A stretch of DNA of 32,000 nucleotides. Origin: Pseudomonas aeruginosa. GTDB lineage: Bacteria > Pseudomonadota > Gammaproteobacteria > Pseudomonadales > Pseudomonadaceae. This document shows, in pieces, positions 17,256-25,936 of the stretch. A program made the position numbers and the translations under genes. How positions within the stretch are numbered: the stretch's first letter is position 1; each line of letters starts with the position of its first letter. Under the pieces are notes generated by a model. That model was not told where the DNA came from, made no database searches, and saw only the letters and a list, made by a program, of their open reading frames with translations. The stretch spans positions 5,790,001 to 5,822,000 of the forward strand of contig NZ_LN831024.1 of assembly GCF_001457615.1 (NCBI RefSeq), in the 5' to 3' direction.

Positions 17256-20200
17256 GGCTGCTCGGCCTCCGATGCGACCTCGGCGCGACGCGGAGGCAAG
17301 GGTGAGAAGTAGCCGACGACCAGCAACAGGACGCCGACCCCGATGAAGGAGATGATTCGCTCCAGGCTGCCACTGTTGCCCAGCTCGACGAAGAACAGCT
17401 TGACCACCACGACGCCGACCAGCGCCGCGCCGACCATCCACAGGTCGCGCCGGCCGAGACGGGTACCGGCGATGGTCAGGCCCAGCGCACAGAGCGTCCA
17501 GACCAGCGACAGCCCCGCCTGCACCAGCATCGACGCGGCCAGCGCCTCGGCCTGGAACGGTACGCCGGCCAGGTGGTGCGCGGCGCGGCACACCGCCAGG
17601 GTCAGCAGGGCGAACAGCGAGGCGCCGGCCAACGCCTGGCGCCCCAGGCGCGCGCTGGCATTGCCATCGACGAGCGAGGCCAGGCTGGCGTCGCTCCAGC
17701 GGTAGAGGGCGAACAGCACGATCAGCAGCCCCAGTTCCAGCGGGTTGGCCAGCGGCAGGTAAGGCAGCGGCTCGGCAGCGCCGTCGCTGAGCAGGTTGGC
17801 GCTCCAGAACCAGCCGAGCAGCAACAGCGCCACCGGCGCAGCGGCGAGCAGCCGATACTCCCGCGGGAAGTCGCGCAGCGGCCAGGGCAGGCTCCGCCCG
17901 CCAGCCACCAGCAGCAGGTAGGCGCTCGGGACCAACGCCCAGCCCAGCCAACGCCAGGCGTTGTACTGTTCGGCGAGCAGGGCGAACAGGTAGCGCAGCT
18001 CCAGCGCCAGCACCCCTAGCAACAGCCAGCAACCGAGCACATGGGCAACGCTCAGGGCCTTCGCCGGCAGCAACGGGGCAAGGCGTCGCAGCGACAGCAG
18101 GTGCGTGGCGAACAGCAGCGGCCAGGCCAGCCAGCCGAATTCGCCGAACGGCTGGTAATCGAAACGCCAGGCACTGGCCAGGGCCAACAGCGCCACCGGG
18201 ACCAGCGCCAGGCACAGCAGGGCCAGTTCGCGCCAGCGCTCGCGCAGCGCCAGCAGCATCCACGACGCCACTGTCGCCGCGGCCACCAGCAGCAACGCAT
18301 GCTCGCGCAGGCCATAAGGCACGAAGCGGACGGTTTCGCACAGCGCGGTCAGCGCCCACCAGCCGGCTCCCCAGAGCAGCAGCAAGTGCGACAGCTCGGC
18401 CAGGCCGAGGGTACCGATACCCAGCGCCCGCTCGCGCTCGCCGGCGCGGCGCAGCCGCCAGGCGCCGACCAGCGCCGCCAGGGCCAGCACTGCCGGCGTC
18501 CAGAACCCGGAATGGGCCAGGGGCCGCAGGCCTTCGCCGCTCAGCGAGCCGAACAGCGACGGCCCGGCGAGGAGGAACGCCAGGCCGCCCACTACCTGCA
18601 AGGCGAGGCCGAAGTAGAAGCTCAGGCGCTGGCGCAGCACCAGGCTCAGCCAGATGATCAGCAGCCCGCTACCGGCCCATACCGCGCTGGCGCTGCGCCA
18701 AGGCAGGACGAACAGCACTGCCAGGTTGACGAACGCCAGACCGGCCAGCAGCACCAGGCTCAAGCCCATGAGCAGCCGACTGTCGTCCTTCACCAGCGGG
18801 TCGCGCGCCGCCAGCAGCATGCCGCCGATCAGCGCCAGGCCAATCAGCGAGGCGGTCATCAAGCCACGCCAGCCCGAGTCGAATACCCCACCCTGGCCAT
18901 CGCCGCCCTGCAAATGCAGGAGGAACAGCGCACCGCCCAGCAGTTGCACGGCGAAGGCGCAGAACAGGAAGGTACGCGAGCCCAGGCGCAAGCCGGCGAA
19001 CAAGCTCGCCAGGCCGGCCACGGCCCAGGCGATGGCGGTGCTGTCGACGGCCAGGCAGAGCGGTGCGACCAGGTAGAGGAAGGCCAGGCCGGCGGCCGCC
19101 AGCAACGGCCGGCAGGCCGGCTCCCAGTCGGCCAGCGCTTTCGCCGGCGCGCGACGCAGCTGCCAGAAGCTGAACAGCGCCGCCGCACCGAGCATCAGCG
19201 CGCCCAGCGGCGAACCCTCCAGCAACGTCGTCTCACCCGGGCGCACGCCATTCAGGTAGGCCAACGCCGCACCGCCCTGCAACAGCAGGGCGAAGAGCCG
19301 CGCCAGGCGGCGTTGCTGGTGCAGGCCGAGCCAGTAGATGCCGGCGCCCTCGACGGCCCAGGCGGCCGAGGTCCAGCGCGCGTCCAGGCCGAGCGGAATG
19401 GCCAGGGTGCCGAAGACCACCCCCAGCGCCAGGCAGATTTCCACCAGCAGGCTGGTGCGTCCGGCCGAAGCATGGCCGCGCAGCACCCGCGCCAGGACCA
19501 TGTAGAAGAGCCCCAGGGCCAGGGCGCTGAAGGCCATGCCGAAGTCGATGTGGCCGATCACCGCGCATTGCAGGCCGAACCCCACCAGTGGCGGGCCGAA
19601 CAGCACGGTGGCGTCGATGTAGTCGGCCTGTCGCGCCGACCAGCGCAGCAGTTCGCCGCGCTCGGCAGGCGCCTGCGCGGCCTCCAGCAGCTTGCGGCGG
19701 GCGAAGAGCAGGCCGATCCCGACGTACATCAGGAAGAACAGGGCCAGGAACGGCTCGGTGCTGGCGAACAGCTCCGGTGTATAGGAGCGCAGTCCCCAGG
19801 CGAAGCCGATGCCGAAGGTGCCGACGAATCCGACCAGGTTGAGCGGCCGCCAGGCGCGGAACCAGGCGATGGCGAAGATGCCGGCGTTGAGCAGGGCGAA
19901 GTAGCTGAACAGCGCTACATGGTTGCCGCTGCCGGTGGAGGTCAGGATCGGCGCGGCGAAGCCGCCGAGCGCCGCCACCACCGCCAGGCCCATGGCGTTC
20001 TGCAGCACGGCGAGGATCGCCGAGCAGATCGTCACCACCACCAGCAGGGCCAGCGCCGCGCCGGGAGAGATCAGCGGATGCAGGCGCATGGCGGCGAAGA
20101 TGGTCAGGTACAGCACCGCGATACCGGTGCCTTGCAGGATCAGGCCGTAGGCGGCGCGCCGCTCGCGCAACCACCAGCCGACGCCGAGCAGCGCCATCGC

Positions 20201-20857
20201 TACCAGCGCCACCCCGGCGTAGCGGTACTCCACCGGCACCGCCACCCGTTCCGAGGCATAGCGCAGGAGGAAGGCCAGGCCGATGAACAGCAGCACCACG
20301 CCGATGCGCAATACCGTGTTGCCGCCGAACAGCCAGCCCTTGGCCGCGGCGAAGCCACGCTCGACCAGCGAGGGTTCGCGTGGAGGCGCTGGAGGGGCGG
20401 CACGGCGCGGCGCTGGCTGGGCGTCAGGCTGGAACGCCGGCTGACGCTCGATGGGCTGGACGGGTTCGGGGGGACGAGGCGGAGGCGGCGCAGCCTCGAC
20501 GGCCGGCAGCTCGATGTCCCAGTCCAGCGGCGGGGCAACCTCGGCGGGAGGAGCGGGAGACGTGTCTGCGAGCGGCTGGTCGATGCCGGCGGCCGGCTCG
20601 GGAACGCTTTCGGGAAGGTCCTGCGCCTGGCGCTCCACGCGCAGCAAGCGCTGGTGGATGACCTCGGTGCCGCGCTCGAAGCGTTCGGCGAATTCGCTCA
20701 TCTGCTTGCGCAGGCGCTCGTTCTGTTGCGCCAGGTTCTGCAGCGAGACGGCCTGTCCCAGGGCCAGGCCGGAAAGGCCGCCGAGGAGGGCGCCGACCAG
20801 CGATTCCCCGGCGAAGCCGCCGAGGATCAGGCCCACCAGCATGAAAATCCATTGCAT
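17252..20857 (-). CDS. DUF2339-family very large polytopic inner-membrane protein
   Basis: ORF 17252..20857, 1201 aa. ATG 20857 lies 8 nt after AAGGA. The N-terminus has a Gly/Leu TM helix, a charged helical segment (NLAQQNERLRKQMSEFAERFERG) and a Pro/Ala-rich linker. Hydrophobic helices then recur to the C-terminus. Confidence 0.85.
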   Translation of the reverse strand: MQWIFMLVGLILGGFAGESLVGALLGGLSGLALGQAVSLQNLAQQNERLRKQMSEFAERFERGTEVIHQRLLRVERQAQDLPESVPEPAAGIDQPLADTSPAPPAEVAPPLDWDIELPAVEAAPPPPRPPEPVQPIERQPAFQPDAQPAPRRAAPPAPPREPSLVERGFAAAKGWLFGGNTVLRIGVVLLFIGLAFLLRYASERVAVPVEYRYAGVALVAMALLGVGWWLRERRAAYGLILQGTGIAVLYLTIFAAMRLHPLISPGAALALLVVVTICSAILAVLQNAMGLAVVAALGGFAAPILTSTGSGNHVALFSYFALLNAGIFAIAWFRAWRPLNLVGFVGTFGIGFAWGLRSYTPELFASTEPFLALFFLMYVGIGLLFARRKLLEAAQAPAERGELLRWSARQADYIDATVLFGPPLVGFGLQCAVIGHIDFGMAFSALALGLFYMVLARVLRGHASAGRTSLLVEICLALGVVFGTLAIPLGLDARWTSAAWAVEGAGIYWLGLHQQRRLARLFALLLQGGAALAYLNGVRPGETTLLEGSPLGALMLGAAALFSFWQLRRAPAKALADWEPACRPLLAAAGLAFLYLVAPLCLAVDSTAIAWAVAGLASLFAGLRLGSRTFLFCAFAVQLLGGALFLLHLQGGDGQGGVFDSGWRGLMTASLIGLALIGGMLLAARDPLVKDDSRLLMGLSLVLLAGLAFVNLAVLFVLPWRSASAVWAGSGLLIIWLSLVLRQRLSFYFGLALQVVGGLAFLLAGPSLFGSLSGEGLRPLAHSGFWTPAVLALAALVGAWRLRRAGERERALGIGTLGLAELSHLLLLWGAGWWALTALCETVRFVPYGLREHALLLVAAATVASWMLLALRERWRELALLCLALVPVALLALASAWRFDYQPFGEFGWLAWPLLFATHLLSLRRLAPLLPAKALSVAHVLGCWLLLGVLALELRYLFALLAEQYNAWRWLGWALVPSAYLLLVAGGRSLPWPLRDFPREYRLLAAAPVALLLLGWFWSANLLSDGAAEPLPYLPLANPLELGLLIVLFALYRWSDASLASLVDGNASARLGRQALAGASLFALLTLAVCRAAHHLAGVPFQAEALAASMLVQAGLSLVWTLCALGLTIAGTRLGRRDLWMVGAALVGVVVVKLFFVELGNSGSLERIISFIGVGVLLLVVGYFSPLPPRRAEVASEAEQP

Positions 20858-20995
20858 GCGTCGAATCCTTGATCAAGAGGTACCACGATCCACTGATACC
20901 TGCCCTGGCCATCCTGCCAGAGCGGAACCCGCGCCGGGAGTATACAGCCCGCATTCCAGAGATTCGACGCATTCCGACGCCCGCCCCGTGGCGAG

Positions 20996-21580
20996 CTACC
21001 TCTTCCTGGCGATGAACTGGACCACGCAGGCCGCGCCGGTGTGGAAACGGCCCTCGACCACCTCGCGCTCGATTTCCCGCGCCAGCAGCACTTCGCACTC
21101 CGGCAGCTCAGCCTCCAGCGCCGCGCGGCTCACCAGCATGTCGACGTCCGCCGGGCCGCCGGTGCCGCGGCCGAGCTGTTCCGGCCGATAGGCCTCCAGC
21201 AGGAAGAGACCGCCCGGTCGCAGCGAACGCTCCAGCAGGCGGTTGAGTCTGCCGCGCACGCGACTGGGCAGGTGCGCGAAGATCGACACCACCGCGCCGA
21301 ACGCCGCTGCCGGCGGTTCGTAGTCCGCCAGGTCGACCACCAGGGTGTCGATCGACACGCCTTTCGCCTCGGCCAGCCGGCGCGCCTTGGCCAGGCCGAC
21401 GGTGGAGCCGTCCACGCCAAGCACCTCCAGCCCCAGCGAAGCGAGGAACACCGCGTTGCGCCCCTCGCCCTCGGCGACGCTCAGCACCGGCCCGGCCAGC
21501 CGCTGCGCATGCTCCTTCAGGAAAGCGTTGGGTTCGGTTCCGTAGACATACTCTTCGGCGGCATAGCGTTCGTCCCACAT
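20996..21580 (-). CDS. Class I SAM-dependent methyltransferase
   Basis: Track ORF 20996..21589 begins at a GTG. ATG 21580 (MWDERYAAEEYVYG) has the better SD (GAGGTG, 6 nt spacing). Motif I reads VLSVAEGEGRNAVFLA. Confidence 0.85.
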   Translation of the reverse strand: MWDERYAAEEYVYGTEPNAFLKEHAQRLAGPVLSVAEGEGRNAVFLASLGLEVLGVDGSTVGLAKARRLAEAKGVSIDTLVVDLADYEPPAAAFGAVVSIFAHLPSRVRGRLNRLLERSLRPGGLFLLEAYRPEQLGRGTGGPADVDMLVSRAALEAELPECEVLLAREIEREVVEGRFHTGAACVVQFIARKR

Positions 21581-21628
21581 GAGGTTCACCTCGTCTGTAT
21601 TTCGTCACGGCCCAGGTGCCGAAACGCT

Positions 21629-21659
21629 AGTCTTCCACTTCAAGTCGACTTGAGGTCAA
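21629..21659 (-). promoter_or_regulatory. MerR-type promoter/operator for the methyltransferase gene
   Basis: The minus strand reads TTGACC (21659-21654), a 19-nt spacer, then AAGACT (21634-21629). The spacer carries the 18-bp dyad CTTCAAGTC|GACTTGAGG (21638-21655, 8 of 9 arm positions complementary). Confidence 0.6.
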
Positions 21660-21663
21660 GGGC

Positions 21664-22155
21664 ATGCGGCAACTGGACATAGGCGAGGTCGCGCGACGAT
21701 CCGGGGTACCGGCCTCGACCCTGCGCTACTACGAGGAAAAGGGACTGATCGCCTCCAGCGGCCGGCACGGCCTGCGCCGGCTGTTCGATGCAGGCGTGCT
21801 GGAGCGGCTGGCGCTGATCGGGCTGGGCCGCGCCGCCGGGTTGTCGCTGGACGAGATTGCCGGCATGGGCGCAGCCGACGGCGCGCTGCGGATCGACCGC
21901 GCGGCGGCCTGCGGCATGCCGCGGCCTGTCCGGCGCGCGAGCACATGGACTGCCCGACGTTCCGCCGCTTGCTGCGGGCCGCTGCCGCGGGGGCCATCAA
22001 GCCACGCCGGAAAGCGCCCGGCGCATAGCAAAACGGCCGGCAGGCCGGGCACCCCTGCCCTGCCTGCCGGCCGCGAGGCACGCCGTTGCGGCGCGCCGGT
22101 ACGGCAACGGTTTAGACCTTGCTGCGCTCGTAGCGCTTGCGGTCGTTCTCGTTGA
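21664..22155 (+). CDS. MerR-family regulator. Only the first ~81 codons look genuine; the likely original C-terminus is in another frame, ending at 22028
   Basis: ATG 21664 gives MRQLDIGEVARRSGVPASTLRYYEEKGLIASSGRHGLRRLFDAGVLERLALIGLGRAAGLSLDEIAGM (MerR HTH plus wing). After RIDRAA the frame turns into Arg/Pro/Cys-rich sequence and runs 44 nt into the typA 3' end. See findings. Confidence 0.6.
   Translation: MRQLDIGEVARRSGVPASTLRYYEEKGLIASSGRHGLRRLFDAGVLERLALIGLGRAAGLSLDEIAGMGAADGALRIDRAAACGMPRPVRRASTWTARRSAACCGPLPRGPSSHAGKRPAHSKTAGRPGTPALPAGREARRCGAPVRQRFRPCCARSACGRSR
22029..22072 (-). terminator. Terminator hairpin after typA
   Basis: 10-bp arms ggccggcagg (22035-22044) and cctgccggcc (22063-22072) enclose an inner gggca/tgccc pairing. 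Minus-sense RNA continues guuuug. A second hairpin, ccgttgc/gcaacgg, lies at about 22082-22109. Confidence 0.6.
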
Positions 22156-23929
22156 GCATCTTCTTGCGCAGGCGGATCGACTTCGGCGTCACTTCCACCA
22201 GCTCGTCGTCGGCGATGAACTCCAGCGCCTGCTCGAGGGTGAAGCGGATCGGCGGAACCAGGGCGATGACTTCGTCCTTGCCGGAAGCGCGCATGTTGTC
22301 GAGCTTCTTGCCCTTGGTCGGGTTGATCACCAGGTCGTTGTCACGGCTGTTGATGCCGGCCAACTGGCCTTCGTAGATTTCGTCGCCCGGGCCGAGGAAC
22401 AGCTTGCCGCGGCTCTGCAGGGTCTCCAGCGAGTAGGTCAGGGCGGTGCCGGTGGCCATGGAGACCAGTACGCCGTTCTGGCGGTTGCTGACTTCGCCGG
22501 CCTTGATCGGACCGTAGTGGCTGAAGGTCGAGGTCAGGATGCCGGTGCCCGAAGTCAGGGTCAGGAAGTTGTTGCGGAAGCCGATCAGGCCGCGCGCCGG
22601 AATGGTGTACTCCAGGCGCACGCGGCCCTTGCCGTCGGGAATCATGTTGCTCAGGTCGCCCTTGCGCAGGCCCATCTGCTCCATCACCGAGCCCTGGTGC
22701 TGCTCCTCGATGTCGATGGTGACGTTCTCGTAGGGCTCCTGCTTCTCGCCGTCCTTCTCGATGATCACCACTTCCGGGCGGCCCACGGCCAGCTCGAAGC
22801 CTTCGCGGCGCATGGTCTCGATCAGTACCGACAGGTGCAGTTCGCCACGGCCGGAAACCTTGAACTTCTCCGGGCTGTCGCCCGGCTCGACGCGCAGCGC
22901 CACGTTATGCAGCAGTTCCTTCTCCAGGCGCTCCTTGATGTTGCGGCTGGTGACGAACTTGCCTTCGCGGCCGGCGAACGGCGAATCGTTGACCTGGAAG
23001 GTCATGCTCACGGTCGGCTGGTCGACGGTCAGCGGCGGCAGCGCCTCGACGTTCTGCGGGTCGCACAGGGTATCGGAGATGAACAGCTCCTCCATGCCGC
23101 TGACGCAGACGATGTCGCCGGCTTCCGCCTCGGCCACCTCGACGCGCTGCAGGCCGTGGTGGCCCATGATCTTCAGGATGCGGCCGTTGCGCTTGCTGCC
23201 GTCGTCGCTGATGGCCACCACCGGGGTGTTGGACTTGACCTTGCCGCGGGTGATGCGGCCGATACCGATCACGCCGAGGAAGCTGTTGTAGTCCAGCTGC
23301 GAGATCTGCATCTGGAACGGACCCTCGGTGTCCACCACCGGGGCCGGGACGTGGTCGATGATCGCCTGGAACAGCGCGTCCATGTTGTCGTCCATCTTCT
23401 CGTGGTCGAGGCCGGCGATGCCGTTCAGGGCGCTGGCGTAGACGATCGGGAAGTCGAGTTGCTCGTCGGTGGCGCCGAGGTTGTCGAACAGGTCGAAGAT
23501 CTGGTCGATGACCCAGTCCGGACGCGCGCCCGGGCGGTCGATCTTGTTCACCACCACGATCGGACGCAGGCCGGCCTTGAAGGCCTTCTGGGTCACGAAG
23601 CGGGTCTGCGGCATGGGGCCGTCCTGGGCGTCGACCACCAGCAGCACGGAGTCGACCATCGACATCACGCGCTCCACCTCGCCGCCGAAGTCGGCGTGAC
23701 CGGGGGTGTCGACGATGTTGATGTTGTAGCCGTTCCACTTGATCGCGGTGTTCTTCGCCAGGATGGTGATGCCACGCTCTTTTTCCTGGTCGTTGGAGTC
23801 CATCACCCGCTCGCTTTCCGCTTCTTTGCGGTCGAGGGTGCCGGACAGCTTCAGCAGCTTGTCCACCAGGGTGGTCTTGCCATGGTCGACGTGGGCGATG
23901 ATGGCGATGTTGCGCAGATTTTCGATCAC
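22112..23929 (-). CDS. typA: Translational GTPase TypA/BipA
   Basis: ORF 22112..24064. Conserved sequence starts at [26 protein letters not shown] assign the start to GTG 23929 (cac 23927-23929), giving 605 aa. Confidence 0.95.
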   Translation of the reverse strand: MIENLRNIAIIAHVDHGKTTLVDKLLKLSGTLDRKEAESERVMDSNDQEKERGITILAKNTAIKWNGYNINIVDTPGHADFGGEVERVMSMVDSVLLVVDAQDGPMPQTRFVTQKAFKAGLRPIVVVNKIDRPGARPDWVIDQIFDLFDNLGATDEQLDFPIVYASALNGIAGLDHEKMDDNMDALFQAIIDHVPAPVVDTEGPFQMQISQLDYNSFLGVIGIGRITRGKVKSNTPVVAISDDGSKRNGRILKIMGHHGLQRVEVAEAEAGDIVCVSGMEELFISDTLCDPQNVEALPPLTVDQPTVSMTFQVNDSPFAGREGKFVTSRNIKERLEKELLHNVALRVEPGDSPEKFKVSGRGELHLSVLIETMRREGFELAVGRPEVVIIEKDGEKQEPYENVTIDIEEQHQGSVMEQMGLRKGDLSNMIPDGKGRVRLEYTIPARGLIGFRNNFLTLTSGTGILTSTFSHYGPIKAGEVSNRQNGVLVSMATGTALTYSLETLQSRGKLFLGPGDEIYEGQLAGINSRDNDLVINPTKGKKLDNMRASGKDEVIALVPPIRFTLEQALEFIADDELVEVTPKSIRLRKKMLNENDRKRYERSKV

Positions 23930-24145
23930 AAGTCTTGTCTCGTTTAACGCCCGAAGCGCGGCTTCGCGGCGGTGGTGGGGTCGGACAGGGCGGCGCCCGA
24001 CACGACAGGCTTCTTCAATTAAGGGGCGGGCAGCAGGCGGACGCTGCCCCGGTCCGGCCGGCACGCCGAAGGGCGGGCATCGGCCTAGGCGGCGGACGTG
24101 TCGGGAGGACGGTGGCGGATGCTGCCGCCGAACAAGCCCGGCTGC

Positions 24146-25600
24146 TTAAGCCGGACGATAAACACGCACATTGGTGTGCCCCTCGTTGAGCAGGTGATGG
24201 GCATGCAGGCGGCTCATCACCCCTTTGTCGCAATACAGGAGGTACTGGCGGTTGGCGTCCAGTTCCTTGAAGCGGCTGTTGATCGCGTAGAACGGCAGCG
24301 CCTGGACTTCGACGCCTTCCAGGGCCAGGGGTTCGTCTTCCTGGGCATCAGGATGGCGGATATCGATGACAATCTGACCGGGCAGCACCTCGCCGACCTC
24401 TTCCACCTGCAGGTCCTGGCCGAGTTCGTCGATCACCCGGTCGACGGTGCGCTGGGTGGCTCGCTCCAGGGCGCGCTCGAGCACCGCCATGTCGAATTTC
24501 GACTCTTCGTGCTCGACGCGGTAGGGCTTGGCCTGGGTGGTCGGGTTCACCGAGATCACCCCGCAGTATTCCGGCATGTGCCGGGCGAACTCGGCGGTGC
24601 CGATCTGCCGGGCGGTGTCGATGATGTCCTGCTTGTGGCTGACGATCAGCGGGCGCAGCACCAGGGTGTCGGTAACCCGGTCGATCACCGAGAGGTTCGG
24701 CAGGGTCTGGCTGGACACCTGGGAGATCGCCTCGCCGGTCACCAGCGCGTCCAGCTCCAGGCGCTCGGCCACGCGGCTGGCGGCGCGCAGCATCATGCGC
24801 TTGAGGGTCACGCCCATATAGCTGTCGTCGACCTTGGTGAGGATCTCGCCGACCACTTCCTCGAACGGCACGCTGACGAACAGCACGCGCTGCGAGCGGC
24901 CGTACTTCTCCCACAGGTAGTGGGCGACTTCCATCACCCCCAGTTCGTGGGCGCGCCCGCCGAGGTTGAAGAACACGAAGTGGCTGATCATCCCGCGGCG
25001 CATCATCTGGTAGGCCGCCACGGTCGAGTCGAAGCCGCCGGACATCAGCACCAGCACCTGCTCCAGCGCGCCCAGCGGATAGCCGCCCAGGCCCGGATGC
25101 TGGCGATGGATGACGAACAGGCGGTCGAGGCGGATTTCCATCCGCACCTCGACTTCCGGCTGCTTCAGGTCGATCCCGGCAGCCCCGCATTCGCGGCGCA
25201 GGCCGCTGCCGACGTAACGCTCCACCTCCATCGAGGTGAACGCGTGCTTGCCGGCGCGCTTGCAGCGCACGGCGAAGGTCTTGCCGGCCAACTGGTCGCC
25301 GAAATGCGCCTTGCACTTGGCGAGGATGTCGTCGAAATCGCCCAGCGGATACTCGTGGACCTCGAGGAAATGACCGATGCCCGGGGTGCAGGTCAGGCGC
25401 TCGATCATCTCGCGCCTGGCCTTGGCGTCGACCACGGCGGTCTCTACCTCCAGGTTGTCCCACTCGCCCTCGACCTTCAGCTCCGGGTCCAGGTCGCGCA
25501 GCACCGCGCGGATGTTCTTCGCCAACTGCCGGATGAAGCGCTTGCGCACCGGCCGGCTCTTGATGGTGATTTCCTGGAAGGTCTTGACGATGAGTTTCAT
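24146..25600 (-). CDS. thiI: tRNA 4-thiouridine synthase / thiamine-biosynthesis sulfurtransferase ThiI (with C-terminal rhodanese domain)
   Basis: ORF 24146..25600, ATG start, 484 aa. Sequence [22 protein letters not shown] (THUMP region), PP-loop [13 protein letters not shown], and a C-terminal rhodanese-like CDKGVMS. Confidence 0.95.
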   Translation of the reverse strand: MKLIVKTFQEITIKSRPVRKRFIRQLAKNIRAVLRDLDPELKVEGEWDNLEVETAVVDAKARREMIERLTCTPGIGHFLEVHEYPLGDFDDILAKCKAHFGDQLAGKTFAVRCKRAGKHAFTSMEVERYVGSGLRRECGAAGIDLKQPEVEVRMEIRLDRLFVIHRQHPGLGGYPLGALEQVLVLMSGGFDSTVAAYQMMRRGMISHFVFFNLGGRAHELGVMEVAHYLWEKYGRSQRVLFVSVPFEEVVGEILTKVDDSYMGVTLKRMMLRAASRVAERLELDALVTGEAISQVSSQTLPNLSVIDRVTDTLVLRPLIVSHKQDIIDTARQIGTAEFARHMPEYCGVISVNPTTQAKPYRVEHEESKFDMAVLERALERATQRTVDRVIDELGQDLQVEEVGEVLPGQIVIDIRHPDAQEDEPLALEGVEVQALPFYAINSRFKELDANRQYLLYCDKGVMSRLHAHHLLNEGHTNVRVYRPA

Positions 25601-25658
25601 GCGAGGGACGCGAACGCGCGGGGCGACGGAAAAAAAGGGGCGGAATTATATCTGAAAT

Positions 25659-25746
25659 TGCTCACGTATTGAGCAGAAATATGCACAGTTATTTTTGCTG
25701 CACCAAAATGGAATGATGCACCAACATGGAGCACCATAACGGTGCA
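25659..25746. promoter_or_regulatory. Array of NtrC-type enhancer sites upstream of glnA
   Basis: The array contains 17-bp TGC...GCA-type dyads. TGCACC-AACAT-GGAGCA sits at 25717-25733, and aGCACC-ATAAC-GGTGCA at 25730-25746. Weaker sites are TGCACC-AAAAT-GGAATG (25699-25715) and TGCTCA-CGTAT-TGAGCA (25659-25675). They lie about 90-170 bp upstream of the sigma54 promoter. Confidence 0.75.
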
Positions 25747-25819
25747 CCCGAAGGCCGCCCAGCTACCCTGAAGAAGACCTGGCCCCGCCAAACATGGGGC
25801 CCTGCCCGATTCCGGGCAC

Positions 25820-25835
25820 TGGCACGCAACTTGCT
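25820..25835 (+). promoter_or_regulatory. sigma54 promoter of glnA (glnAp2-type)
   Basis: TGGCAC-GCAAC-TTGCT is an exact -24/-12 consensus core, 102 nt upstream of the glnA ATG. Confidence 0.85.
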
Positions 25836-25936
25836 CACTTGTGAGGCAGGTTGCCCTGGCGGAGTATTCCGGCCGGCATCACCCGATACTGGGGCACAGA
25901 AAAAGCTCCCAGCTCTAATCCCTCCTGGAGGACAGC

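Noticed and set aside
17256-18359. Upstream 368 codons of track ORF 15861..18359
   Set aside because: This frame lies inside the DUF2339 gene. The DUF3999 protein starts at ATG 17255, where a signal peptide begins.
18041-20872. 943-aa plus-strand ORF
   Set aside because: It is antisense to the DUF2339 membrane-protein gene. The sequence is a monotonous Q/R/A/G/E composition, which is the mirror of Leu/Ala-rich codons.
21857-23947. 696-aa plus-strand ORF
   Set aside because: It is antisense to typA, whose own frame is unmistakable, with no independent coding signal.
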